The position numbers and the translations under genes were made by a program. A stretch of DNA of 64,000 nt from Anaerolineae bacterium (GTDB lineage Bacteria > Chloroflexota > Anaerolineae > UBA1429). The stretch is taken from the NCBI GenBank assembly GCA_963675785.1, contig OY776562.1:1696001-1760000 (forward strand). The letters run 5' to 3'. The notes beneath the pieces are model-generated. The model worked only from the letters and a program-made list of their open reading frames with translations. It was not told where the DNA came from and did no database searches. Positions 9,041 to 17,676 of the stretch are shown piece by piece (positions within the stretch are counted from its first letter, which is position 1; the number at the start of each line of letters is the position of its first letter).

Positions 9041-10223
9041 TCTGCGCAGAGAGGTAGAAGAGATGGGCAGGCCGCGCTGGCGGCCCATGCTGCGCTATGT
9101 CGCCGAGCTGCACGCCCGCAGTGTCCATCCACCCAGCCCTCCCTTTTCCCATTCCTGGGAAGAGATCGGCCCCGGCTATTGTTACGGACCTGCGTTTGGC
9201 CATCAGGATCTGATCTACCAAATTATTGATGTATTACCGGCTGAGCCCGAACACGCTCGCGAGCAGATTTTGAATAATTTAGAGAATCAACAGCCGGACG
9301 GACTGGTGCCGGGCAGTATCTGGGTTCGTGAAGACGGGCCAAAGTGGAGCACCACGGTGGGCAATCCGCCTATGTGGCCCATTGCCGTCAAAGCCTATGC
9401 CTCTCTTGTTGGTTCAGACGAACTCATTAGAACCTGTTTTGAGCCCCTCATGCGCCAGATTGGCTGGTTCGAAGCCAATCGCAAGGCCGACGACGAGGGA
9501 TACTATTATACTGACATTCTAACTCATCAGTGGGAAAGCGGGACGGACGAAGGTGTACGTTTCGATGATGTACCCCCCGGCAAGCTGGCCTGTATTGATG
9601 CAACCTCGCATTTGTACATGCTCTATGATATTGCCAGCCATTGGGCACTATGGATGGACGAACCCGTACGAGCACTCATGGAGCGAGCCCGCGTGCTGCG
9701 CGAATTCATTCAACGGCACATGTGGTGCGAAGAGCAGAACGCCTTTTTCGATATCTGGTCCGTTCGCCAGCCGCAATATCAACGCCTGACTTTCGAGGGC
9801 TTTTTCCCGCTTATTGTGGGAGCCGCCCTGCCCGAGCAAGCTAACCAGGTCATCGATGAGCATATTCTCAACCCCGATGAGTTCATGGGTGCGCACCCTA
9901 TAGCCTCTGTGGCCATGAATGATCCCCATTTCGAGCTGCGCATGTGGCGCGGCCCCACATGGAACAGCATCAGCTATCTGACGGCGCGTGCCTGCCTGCG
10001 TTACGGTCGTAATGACGCCGCCAAGATGATCCTGACCCGGGCGCTGAACTCGGCATCTTCCGTTTTCGAACGCACTGGCACCATCTGGGAGTTTTACCAC
10101 CCTCAAGGTGGGGATCCCGAAACGTTGGCGCGCAAACCGCAAACGGGCATCAATACACCCTGTAAGGACTATTTGGGGCACAACCCACTCATCGCCATGG
10201 CTCGCCTTTGGGAAGTCTGTTGA
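9003..10223 (+). CDS. (alpha/alpha)6 glycoside hydrolase, GH63/GH37 (MGH1/trehalase)-like; alternative start at 9030
   Basis: NPPMW, WESGTD..VRFD, MWRGPTW, IWEFYHP motifs. Confidence 0.8.
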   Translation: MARRPKDADMLDNLRREVEEMGRPRWRPMLRYVAELHARSVHPPSPPFSHSWEEIGPGYCYGPAFGHQDLIYQIIDVLPAEPEHAREQILNNLENQQPDGLVPGSIWVREDGPKWSTTVGNPPMWPIAVKAYASLVGSDELIRTCFEPLMRQIGWFEANRKADDEGYYYTDILTHQWESGTDEGVRFDDVPPGKLACIDATSHLYMLYDIASHWALWMDEPVRALMERARVLREFIQRHMWCEEQNAFFDIWSVRQPQYQRLTFEGFFPLIVGAALPEQANQVIDEHILNPDEFMGAHPIASVAMNDPHFELRMWRGPTWNSISYLTARACLRYGRNDAAKMILTRALNSASSVFERTGTIWEFYHPQGGDPETLARKPQTGINTPCKDYLGHNPLIAMARLWEVC

Positions 10224-10247
10224 TAGAACCCAATCAATCACCCCCTT

Positions 10248-10286
10248 CACTGCCTCAGACGCCCAGAGTCTCTGAGGCAGTGTTTT
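10248..10286 (+). terminator. Rho-independent terminator
   Basis: cactgcctcaga...tctgaggcagtg followed by tttt. Confidence 0.75.
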
Positions 10287-10396
10287 GAAAGGGTCGAAAC
10301 CAAAGCATTGGATACGCGTAGAGTATACGTTAACTCAATAATACAGCTGACTGGATTCGAATCAGATCTGGTGAGGATCACCAAAATGGGGGAAAG

Positions 10397-10873
10397 ATGA
10401 AAGCACTGGTCGTTTATGACTCTGTCTTTGGCAACACGGAAAAAGTTGCACAGGCTATTGGGGAGACACTGGGTACAAGAGCGGAAACCGCAGTCGTGCG
10501 GGTAACCGAGATCAAACCAGAGCAGCTCACTGACATTGATCTGTTGATTGTAGGTTCACCAACGCGAGCCTTTCGCCCCATGCCAACCATCAAAGCATGG
10601 TACGGCGCATTGCCACTGGGTGCCCTAAGCGGCATCAAGGTAGCAGCTTTTGATACTCGTATCCGTCTGGAGGATACCACCTCTGGTTTCCTAAAAAGGA
10701 TGAGCAAGTGGTTTGGGTATGCTGCTGAGCCCATGGCCAAAGCTTTGCAGCGCAAGGGCGGCATATTAGCAGCACCTCCAGCTGGCTTTGGTGTAGGAGA
10801 CAGTGAAGGCCCCCTCAAAGAGGGTGAGCTAGAACGTGCCACCGCCTGGGCCGAGCAGGCCCTAAAAGCCTAA
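10397..10873 (+). CDS. Flavodoxin family protein
   Basis: VYDSVFGNTEKVA, IVGSPT, AAFDTR. Confidence 0.9.
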   Translation: MKALVVYDSVFGNTEKVAQAIGETLGTRAETAVVRVTEIKPEQLTDIDLLIVGSPTRAFRPMPTIKAWYGALPLGALSGIKVAAFDTRIRLEDTTSGFLKRMSKWFGYAAEPMAKALQRKGGILAAPPAGFGVGDSEGPLKEGELERATAWAEQALKA

Positions 10874-10948
10874 CAAGGCAGAACCTGTCTTTCGGCGTTA
10901 GCCAAAGGCTCGCCTTACCGGGCAGATGCTTTGTCTGTTTGGCAAACG

Positions 10949-11551
10949 CTAGTGTAAAAAGAGCGAAACAGCGCAATACATTAGCAACAATGCCATAACT
11001 ACATTAAAGATCCTTTCGTACTTGGCCAGAAATCGCTGAAAGAGCGAGCCGAAAAAAGCCCAGCTGTTGGTAGCCACGAGGGAGACCAGCGCTAGACCCA
11101 CTGAGAACAGTACCAGGCTAATGCCCGACTTGAAATAGGGTATTATGAAATTGGCCATGATGGTGATGCCATAGAGAATGCCCTTGGCATTGACAAACTG
11201 CAGGGCAAAACCACCCCAAAAGGAATTCTGCTTGTTGTTTTGGGCACCGGTTGTTTGATCATCATGGTTGTGTGCATCGCTCGTCACAGTTTTATAGGCA
11301 AGGTAGCCCATGTACACTGCCCCGACGATATTCATGGCCAATTGAATGCGCGGAATGACGCGAAAAAGCAAAAGGTTGGCATAAGCGCATAACAACAGGA
11401 CGACTGAAAAGCCGCCCAGCACGCCGAGAGTAAACCGAACCGTTTTCTTCCAGCCGTAGCGGCCTGCAATCGACATGGCCATGATATTATTCGGGCCAGG
11501 CGTAAACGTGGTAACAAATACATACGACAAGAACGGTGCAAGAGCAAACAT
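10949..11551 (-). CDS. LysE family exporter (EamB-like cysteine/O-acetylserine efflux)
   Basis: FTPGPNN and FALQFVNAKG motifs; six hydrophobic segments; AAGGAG RBS before the ATG at 11551. Confidence 0.85.
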   Translation of the reverse strand: MFALAPFLSYVFVTTFTPGPNNIMAMSIAGRYGWKKTVRFTLGVLGGFSVVLLLCAYANLLLFRVIPRIQLAMNIVGAVYMGYLAYKTVTSDAHNHDDQTTGAQNNKQNSFWGGFALQFVNAKGILYGITIMANFIIPYFKSGISLVLFSVGLALVSLVATNSWAFFGSLFQRFLAKYERIFNVVMALLLMYCAVSLFLH

Positions 11552-11874
11552 GTGCGACAGAGCTCCTTTTGCACAAGCGAGACGCAAGCTAAAGACTGCA
11601 CTGCTTGGACCGGGTTAATTGACGACAATGTCTTTGGGGGTATAAGAGGCAATTGCACAGCACCGTAGCTGCATAGTATAAAGAGAGGGGAACAGGTTCT
11701 GCTGGAGAAATGAAACTGCTACTACCAGCCGATGAGAGAGTATCGAAATTGATGGGATAACCACAATTATTTCGCAAGTGGGCTGACAAACTGAAACCCA
11801 TTTGTATCACAAGGACAGACAGTGCGCAAACATGCATTGACGACGGCGGGCGATGCCCAGAAACGAGGTAAAGT

Positions 11875-12324
11875 ATGACCAAGGTTCTCGTTCTGTATCA
11901 TTCGCAAGAGTACGGCAACACGAGAAAGATGGCCGAAGCACTGGCCGAAGGCGCCCAACAGGCCGGCGCCGAGGTTGAGTTGGTAAACACCAACGAAACA
12001 CGTGCCAGCATAGAGGCGTTTCGTGCCGCTGATGCAGTGGCCATCGGCACACCCGACTATTTCAGTTATATCGCTGGCAATCTCAAGCAGTTTTGGGACG
12101 ACTGGTACATCGCTCAAAGAATTGACCCCAAGGGCCTCAAGGACAAGCCGCTGGCGTTATTCTGCACCCATGGCGGAGGAGGCAAAGCACGAGGTGTGCT
12201 AGAGAATCTTGCCAGAGAGCTGGGCACCCCTGTGAGCGAGACCATTGCCTCACAAGGTGCCCCCGACAGGGACACGATAGCTGCACTGAAAGAACTGGGT
12301 GAAAAGCTGGTGGAGGCAATCTAG
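11875..12324 (+). CDS. Flavodoxin / WrbA-like flavoprotein
   Basis: YHSQEYGNTRKMAEA, IGTPDYF, FCTHGGGG. Confidence 0.85.
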   Translation: MTKVLVLYHSQEYGNTRKMAEALAEGAQQAGAEVELVNTNETRASIEAFRAADAVAIGTPDYFSYIAGNLKQFWDDWYIAQRIDPKGLKDKPLALFCTHGGGGKARGVLENLARELGTPVSETIASQGAPDRDTIAALKELGEKLVEAI

Positions 12325-12363
12325 AAAAAGAGGCTGTGGGATTATTCCCCACAGCCTCTTTTT
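12325..12363. terminator. Bidirectional terminator between convergent genes
   Basis: aaaaagaggctgtggg...cccacagcctcttttt. Confidence 0.85.
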
Positions 12364-12375
12364 ATTCTTTCCTTA

Positions 12376-13455
12376 TCAGGGCTTGAGCACTACTTTGACT
12401 GAATCCTCGCCCGAGGCGGCGATATCCAGCGCCTCGCCAAAACGCTCTAGTGGCAGGACATGCGAGACCAGTGCCTTACCATTGATGACCCCACTACGAA
12501 GATAATCAATAGCCAGCGGGTAACTGTAGGCACCCAAATGCGCACCATGAATGTTAAGCTCTTTGACATCGCCAATGATAGACCAATCGATGGCAGCAGG
12601 TTTGGCATGTACGCTAAACTCGACGAACGTGCCCAACTTGCGCACCATTTGCAAACCCTGGCTTACGGCCGGCGCAGCGCCAGTAGCCTCGATATAAACA
12701 TCGCAGCCGTAGCCTTCCGTTAGATCGAGTACGCGCTCAATGGCGTTGCCCTCACTCACATCAATGGCCAGGTCTGCGCCGAGCTGCTCTGCCAAACGCA
12801 GGCGCTTGGGTTTCATATCCAGAGCGATGACCATGGATGGCCCCTTTTGCTTAGCCGCCTGTAACATCCCCAGGCCAATAGGACCCATGCCAGCAATAGC
12901 CACCACATCGCCTAATTGAATGTCGCCACGCTGCACGGCATGAATGGCGCAAGCCATGGGCTCAATCAGTGCCGCCTGATCGATGGGCAAATCCTTGGGC
13001 ACCTTGTAATTGATGGCGTTGGCCGGAAAGAGCATGTACTCGGCCCACGAACCCTCAGCACGATCCTTGATAAAGCCGTAGATGTCGTGCTGCTGGCACA
13101 TCCAATACTTGCCAGTCTTGCAGAAACGGCACTTGCCGCAGGGCACAATCTGCTCAGAAACGGCATGATCACCAATTTGCAGGCCGTACTTTTCAGCAGC
13201 GCCTTCACCTAGCGCCACCACCTCGCCCACGAACTCGTGCCCGGCGGTTACCGGAGGCTGAATATAGGGAGCGATGGCGTCTGATCCCCATACGCGAGCC
13301 CCATGAAAAGCCTTGACGTCGCTGGCGCAAACGCCAGTAGCCAACACTTTGACCAGCACCTCGCCCGGGCCAACCTGGGGAACGGGGATGGTTTCAAGCC
13401 GATAGTCATTCGGCGCATAAACACGTACAGCTTTCATTGTAGCGGGAATCGTCAT
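12376..13455 (-). CDS. Zn-dependent polyol dehydrogenase, erythritol/L-threitol dehydrogenase (EltD)-like
   Basis: GVCASD, GHEFVG, CGKCRFC..C structural Zn, GMGPIG; DWSIIGD.KEL...G.HLG.Y segment resembles the EltD clade. Confidence 0.8.
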   Translation of the reverse strand: MTIPATMKAVRVYAPNDYRLETIPVPQVGPGEVLVKVLATGVCASDVKAFHGARVWGSDAIAPYIQPPVTAGHEFVGEVVALGEGAAEKYGLQIGDHAVSEQIVPCGKCRFCKTGKYWMCQQHDIYGFIKDRAEGSWAEYMLFPANAINYKVPKDLPIDQAALIEPMACAIHAVQRGDIQLGDVVAIAGMGPIGLGMLQAAKQKGPSMVIALDMKPKRLRLAEQLGADLAIDVSEGNAIERVLDLTEGYGCDVYIEATGAAPAVSQGLQMVRKLGTFVEFSVHAKPAAIDWSIIGDVKELNIHGAHLGAYSYPLAIDYLRSGVINGKALVSHVLPLERFGEALDIAASGEDSVKVVLKP

Positions 13456-13738
13456 CGCATTTCCTCCACAGACATCATTCTACATGCGCCCACATTTGCA
13501 CGAGCAGACGCTCGCCACCATTATAGTCGGCGTTCGCATAATCGACCAGTTCTACTGCTTGCGAATTACCACTCACTGCTGTATACAAAGGGCCATACCT
13601 TTTGCCCCACAGGGCAAACTGAAACAGAGCTGAAACAACTGACCATCATTACACCGGTTTAGTACCACTGGAGAACATGCGCCAACTGGCTCAGGAGATC
13701 ATGCCTAGGCCCGCATTGTCAATATTGTGGAGGATAGT

Positions 13739-14578
13739 ATGACGAGCTTTCCCATGACCCACATTGAAAACATCGAGATCTCGCGTATGATGATCGGCAG
13801 CAACTGGTTTATGGGCTATTCGCACTATTCGGCAGCCAAAAGCCAGTGGATCAAAGAATATATGACTATCGAGCGCATTACCGAGGTGATGTGCGTCTTT
13901 GCTCGCAACGGCATCAATACCGTCATGTCCATCGCCAACGACCCCATGAAAGAGGCCATTCGCCGCGTCGAGGTGGAAACAGGCGTCAAAATGGTCTGGG
14001 TTTGCACGCCATCGGGCGAGCATCTGGAGGATCTGCTGCCCAACATCGAATACACCGCCGAGATGGGCGGGGCCATCTGCATGCCCCATCAGCATTGGAC
14101 TGATGGCAACCTGATAACCAACGAAAAGCGCCTCATCGGTCTGGAAAAGGCCACCGAGCGCATTCGTCAATTGGGCATGATCCCCGGGCTCTCAACACAC
14201 CGCCCTGAGACAGTAACCGTGTGCGATGCTGCTGGCTATGATGTGGCTACCTATATTCAGATTCTCAATCCCATCGGGTTTTTGTGCCAGGTTGAGACTG
14301 ATTGGGTCGAGCGGGTCATTCGTTCTACGCCCAAACCCATCATGTGCATCAAGCCGTTGGCCGCTGGCCGAGTGCTGCCCACCACCGGTTTGAACTATGT
14401 CTACAACGCCATCAAGCCCATCGATACGGTGTGCATTGGCACCTTAAGCCCGTACGAAGCAGAGGATGACATTGCCATCGCCCGAGAACTATTGGCCGCT
14501 CAGAAGGATGCCTGCTGCGAGGAACGTACCCTGGATTATTCGCGAAGCAAGAGCGCCCTGGTGCAAAAGGAGGATTAG
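13739..14578 (+). CDS. Hypothetical protein, possibly a divergent aldo/keto reductase-like TIM barrel
   Basis: ISRMMIGSN at the N-terminus, GLSTHRPE and IKPLAAGR resemble AKR strands; GGAGGA RBS. Confidence 0.55.
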   Translation: MTSFPMTHIENIEISRMMIGSNWFMGYSHYSAAKSQWIKEYMTIERITEVMCVFARNGINTVMSIANDPMKEAIRRVEVETGVKMVWVCTPSGEHLEDLLPNIEYTAEMGGAICMPHQHWTDGNLITNEKRLIGLEKATERIRQLGMIPGLSTHRPETVTVCDAAGYDVATYIQILNPIGFLCQVETDWVERVIRSTPKPIMCIKPLAAGRVLPTTGLNYVYNAIKPIDTVCIGTLSPYEAEDDIAIARELLAAQKDACCEERTLDYSRSKSALVQKED

Positions 14579-14579
14579 T

Positions 14580-15101
14580 ATGAGCCGCGTTCAGGTTCCG
14601 TACGATCATAAACTGGATGAAACCCTGGCCTTGTTGCGAAACCCGGGGCTCTTGTTGGCCTCAACAAAAGCCGACGGCAAATCCAATGTGATGACTATTG
14701 GCTGGGGCACAGTGGGTGTTATTTGGGGGCTGGATATATTTGTGGTGATGGTACGCCCTTCCCGCTACACCTACGAATTCATCGAAGAGAGCGGCGTGTT
14801 CACCGTCAATGTGCCCTCACCTGATCTGCGTGAGTTCTGCCGCATAGCTGGCTCACGAAGCGGGCGCGATATGGACAAGTTCGCCGAGTTCAAACTGAGC
14901 ACCACGCCGGGACGCAACGTTCCTGCCGTGACCATCGACGCTTGCCCACTGGCGTATGAATGCCAAGTAGTGCACCATAACGACGTCATACCAGCCAACC
15001 TGTCTCCTGATGTGGAAGCCAAATCGTATCGCGGCCATGACTATCACCGCATCTACTATGGACAGATTATGGGCGTTTGGGAAAAGGTTGCAGAAAAATA
15101 G
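14580..15101 (+). CDS. Flavin reductase family protein (flavoredoxin-like)
   Basis: NVMTIGWG, VRPSRYT, FTVN, GSRSGRD.DK. Confidence 0.85.
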   Translation: MSRVQVPYDHKLDETLALLRNPGLLLASTKADGKSNVMTIGWGTVGVIWGLDIFVVMVRPSRYTYEFIEESGVFTVNVPSPDLREFCRIAGSRSGRDMDKFAEFKLSTTPGRNVPAVTIDACPLAYECQVVHHNDVIPANLSPDVEAKSYRGHDYHRIYYGQIMGVWEKVAEK

Positions 15102-15151
15102 CCTGAAGACTAGACTACATAAAAGCTGTTCTTTCTGTACGGAGGGGCCTT

Positions 15152-15718
15152 ATGCCCGATATAGTAGAAGCCACAATTCGCGATGTGGGCACGATCCACG
15201 TCACCTGTGAGCGTTGTGGCCACGAATACGAATACGACCAAATCTTTTTGGGCAAAACCGAAGTGCGTCGCATCGATCCGCGTCCCGATAGCATCAAGGC
15301 TCTCAAAGTCATGGCGGAACAGATACGCTCGGGTTTCGGCAAAGGCGATTACCGCCGGCTAGAATGGCACCGCTGCCCCGAATGTGGTTTTACCCAATCG
15401 TGGATGGCAAAACGTACCCGCAAGTCACTAACAATGCGCATCTTTTTTCCGATTATTCTCGTTGCATTGCTCGCCGGCAGTATCATGGCCATGTTCCAAA
15501 GCGACGCTATGATTGGCGGACAGATCCTTCGAACGGCCTTTTATGTAGTGGGCGGTGCTCTAGTGGCTGGCTCATTATTCTGGCTGTTTTACAGGCCGCC
15601 CCGCCATGGCGTTGAAAGGATCATCCCACCAACGCTGACTTTTAGTTCGGAAAGCCCCGAGGCTCTCAACGAAATGATTGTGGGCAACTTGCCTGACGAT
15701 CGACCAGGCGAAAGATAG
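15152..15718 (+). CDS. Hypothetical membrane protein with split CxxC..CxxC zinc ribbon and two TM helices
   Basis: CERCG and CPECG motifs, then two hydrophobic segments. Confidence 0.65.
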   Translation: MPDIVEATIRDVGTIHVTCERCGHEYEYDQIFLGKTEVRRIDPRPDSIKALKVMAEQIRSGFGKGDYRRLEWHRCPECGFTQSWMAKRTRKSLTMRIFFPIILVALLAGSIMAMFQSDAMIGGQILRTAFYVVGGALVAGSLFWLFYRPPRHGVERIIPPTLTFSSESPEALNEMIVGNLPDDRPGER

Positions 15719-15730
15719 ACGGCTAGATTC

Positions 15731-15759
15731 TTGACCGGCCTCAGGTCGTAGCCTATACT
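15731..15759 (+). promoter_or_regulatory. Sigma70-type promoter for lipS1-lipS2-gcvT
   Basis: TTGACC-17nt-TATACT. Confidence 0.6.
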
Positions 15760-15794
15760 CCCCTCTGTTCTAGCGGACAGAGGGGAGTTCTTTT
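15757..15794 (+). terminator. Terminator hairpin overlapping the lipS1 promoter and RBS
   Basis: actcccctctgttc-tagc-ggacagaggggagt followed by tctttt. Confidence 0.6.
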
Positions 15795-16674
15795 GTACAA
15801 CGTTCAAGATCTTCAGGCTCAATACCAGCGAGCCCTCGCGCTTGTTGAAACACAGTCCATTCCTATGGCTGCGAATAAGTCTCTTTATGTCAATCGCCCC
15901 GTAGATACCCTGCCTGTTTCAGTAACGGGTACTGCCTGCAGCCTCAAATGTGCCCACTGTAATGGGGTGTATCTGGAGCATATGTATAGCCTGGATGACC
16001 TGGCTCATTCTCAGGCCCCCAGTGCGCTTATCTCTGGCGGTTGCGATCCCCACGGCTGTGTGCCCATCGCCCCTCATCTGGAGGCTCTTCGCTCGGCAGG
16101 CCAGGGCAAGCGCCTGAACCTTCATCTGGGGTTGGTAGATAAAGAAACGGCTGCCGCTGTTGGCCCCCTGGCTTCGGTCATTTCCTTCGATGTGGTCGGC
16201 AGTCGCGAAACTACCCGTCGTGTGTACGGCCTAGACGTCGACCTCGATACCTACATTGAGACGTTGGAGCGGCTGAACCAATATACCCGTGTGGTGCCCC
16301 ATATCACTCTGGGGCTGGATGGCGGCAAAATTGTTGGCGAGCCTGAAGCCATTCAGGCGGTTGCCGCTTGTAATGTGGCTGCAGTAGTCTTTATCGTGCT
16401 CATCCCCACAGCGAATACCGCGTTTGCAGAATGTAATCCACCCGCTCTCGACGAGGTAACCGCCCTGCTGATGCAGGCACGCCGCCTTATGCCCCATAAA
16501 CGACTGGACCTAGGCTGTATGCGACCCCATGGTGCTTACCGGCAATACGTTGATGAATTGGCTATTCGTGCCGGCATCGATGGCATCGTCAACCCGGCGC
16601 ACAGTGCCCTGCAACTGGCGCGCGAACTGGATATGCGCATTATCGAGGGAACAGAATGCTGCGCTCTGAGCTAG
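15793..16674 (+). CDS. lipS1: Radical SAM protein, LipS1-type lipoyl synthase subunit
   Basis: CSLKCAHC (CX3CX2C), LISGG, GCMR and C-terminal CC motifs. Confidence 0.75.
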   Translation: MYNVQDLQAQYQRALALVETQSIPMAANKSLYVNRPVDTLPVSVTGTACSLKCAHCNGVYLEHMYSLDDLAHSQAPSALISGGCDPHGCVPIAPHLEALRSAGQGKRLNLHLGLVDKETAAAVGPLASVISFDVVGSRETTRRVYGLDVDLDTYIETLERLNQYTRVVPHITLGLDGGKIVGEPEAIQAVAACNVAAVVFIVLIPTANTAFAECNPPALDEVTALLMQARRLMPHKRLDLGCMRPHGAYRQYVDELAIRAGIDGIVNPAHSALQLARELDMRIIEGTECCALS

Positions 16675-17672
16675 ATCATGATAAAACCTGGCGCGTCTCC
16701 TCGGGGACGGCAGTCGCCGCCGACCTGCTCAATGAGCGCGTCGATGTGCTGCCCACCACTGCCTACCTGATGTTGGGTGAACGCTGCCAGTACAATTGTG
16801 CCTTTTGTGCCCAGGCACATGGCAGCCGGGCTAACGAAGCTGCTCTTTCACGGGTGCTCTGGCCGCAATTTCCCATTACTCAAGTCATCGAGGCCGTTAG
16901 CCATGCTTACACAGAAGGTACGCTGCGCAGAGCCTGTTTCCAGGTAACAGTGGGCGCCGATTCGTTAGAAGAAACGCTAGCTGCCGTGCTGGTTTTGCAC
17001 ACAGCCGTCGCAAGTATTCCCATCTGTGCTTCCGTGTCCGTACATAACATGGACGATGTAGCTGCCTTGCTGGAGGCTGGCGCCGACCGCGTTACCCTCT
17101 CGTTGGACGCCGCTGCAGAACGCATTCACAAGCAGGTCAAAAGCGGTTCGTGGGAGCGTACCTGGCATCTGCTGAGAGAAGCCTCAGCCACTTGGCCAGG
17201 GCACATCGGTACCCATGTCATTGCCGGGTTGGGCGAAACCGAACAAGAGATGGCCGAAACGCTGCAACAACTGGTCGATCTTGGGGTGAGCATTGGCTTG
17301 TTTGCCTTTACGCCGTTGCACGGCACGCCCATGGCCAATCAACCACCTCCCGCCCTGGATTCATACCGGCGTATTCAAGCCGCCCGCTGGTTGATGATCC
17401 ATCATCATGTTCGAGTTGAGGCAATGAGCTTTGATGGCGCTGGCTGCATGACCAGCTTGGGGTTGTCGAGTAAGCAGTTAGCCGAGCTTTTGGCCGATGG
17501 AGAGGCTTTTCGCACGGCAGGCTGCCCCGACTGCAACCGCCCCTATTACAATGAACGCCCTGCTGGCCCTATATACAACTATCCGGCGCCCTTGACGGCG
17601 CAACAGGCCAGCCAAGAACTTGATCTGCTGCTGGCCAACCTATCGGATGCAACATCCCTAAAAGAGGAGTAG
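16656..17672 (+). CDS. lipS2: Radical SAM protein, LipS2-type lipoyl synthase subunit
   Basis: CQYNCAFC, LSRV.WP and TAGCPDCNRP (TxGCPxCNRP) motifs. Confidence 0.75.
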   Translation: MLRSELDHDKTWRVSSGTAVAADLLNERVDVLPTTAYLMLGERCQYNCAFCAQAHGSRANEAALSRVLWPQFPITQVIEAVSHAYTEGTLRRACFQVTVGADSLEETLAAVLVLHTAVASIPICASVSVHNMDDVAALLEAGADRVTLSLDAAAERIHKQVKSGSWERTWHLLREASATWPGHIGTHVIAGLGETEQEMAETLQQLVDLGVSIGLFAFTPLHGTPMANQPPPALDSYRRIQAARWLMIHHHVRVEAMSFDGAGCMTSLGLSSKQLAELLADGEAFRTAGCPDCNRPYYNERPAGPIYNYPAPLTAQQASQELDLLLANLSDATSLKEE

Positions 17673-17676
17673 CTCC

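Noticed and set aside
11590-11874. Long divergent intergenic region between the LysE and flavodoxin genes as a possible riboswitch or small gene
   Set aside because: No recognisable aptamer, strong hairpin, or ORF with an RBS.
13600-13640. gggcaaactgaaacag resembling the start of a c-di-GMP-I riboswitch
   Set aside because: It lacks the following GACGCAAAGC-type segment and second stem; only a short ttgccc/gggcaa hairpin is present.
17560-17676. Expected glycine riboswitch upstream of gcvT
   Set aside because: gcvT starts 4 nt after lipS2; there is no leader, and I found no aptamer motifs upstream of the operon.
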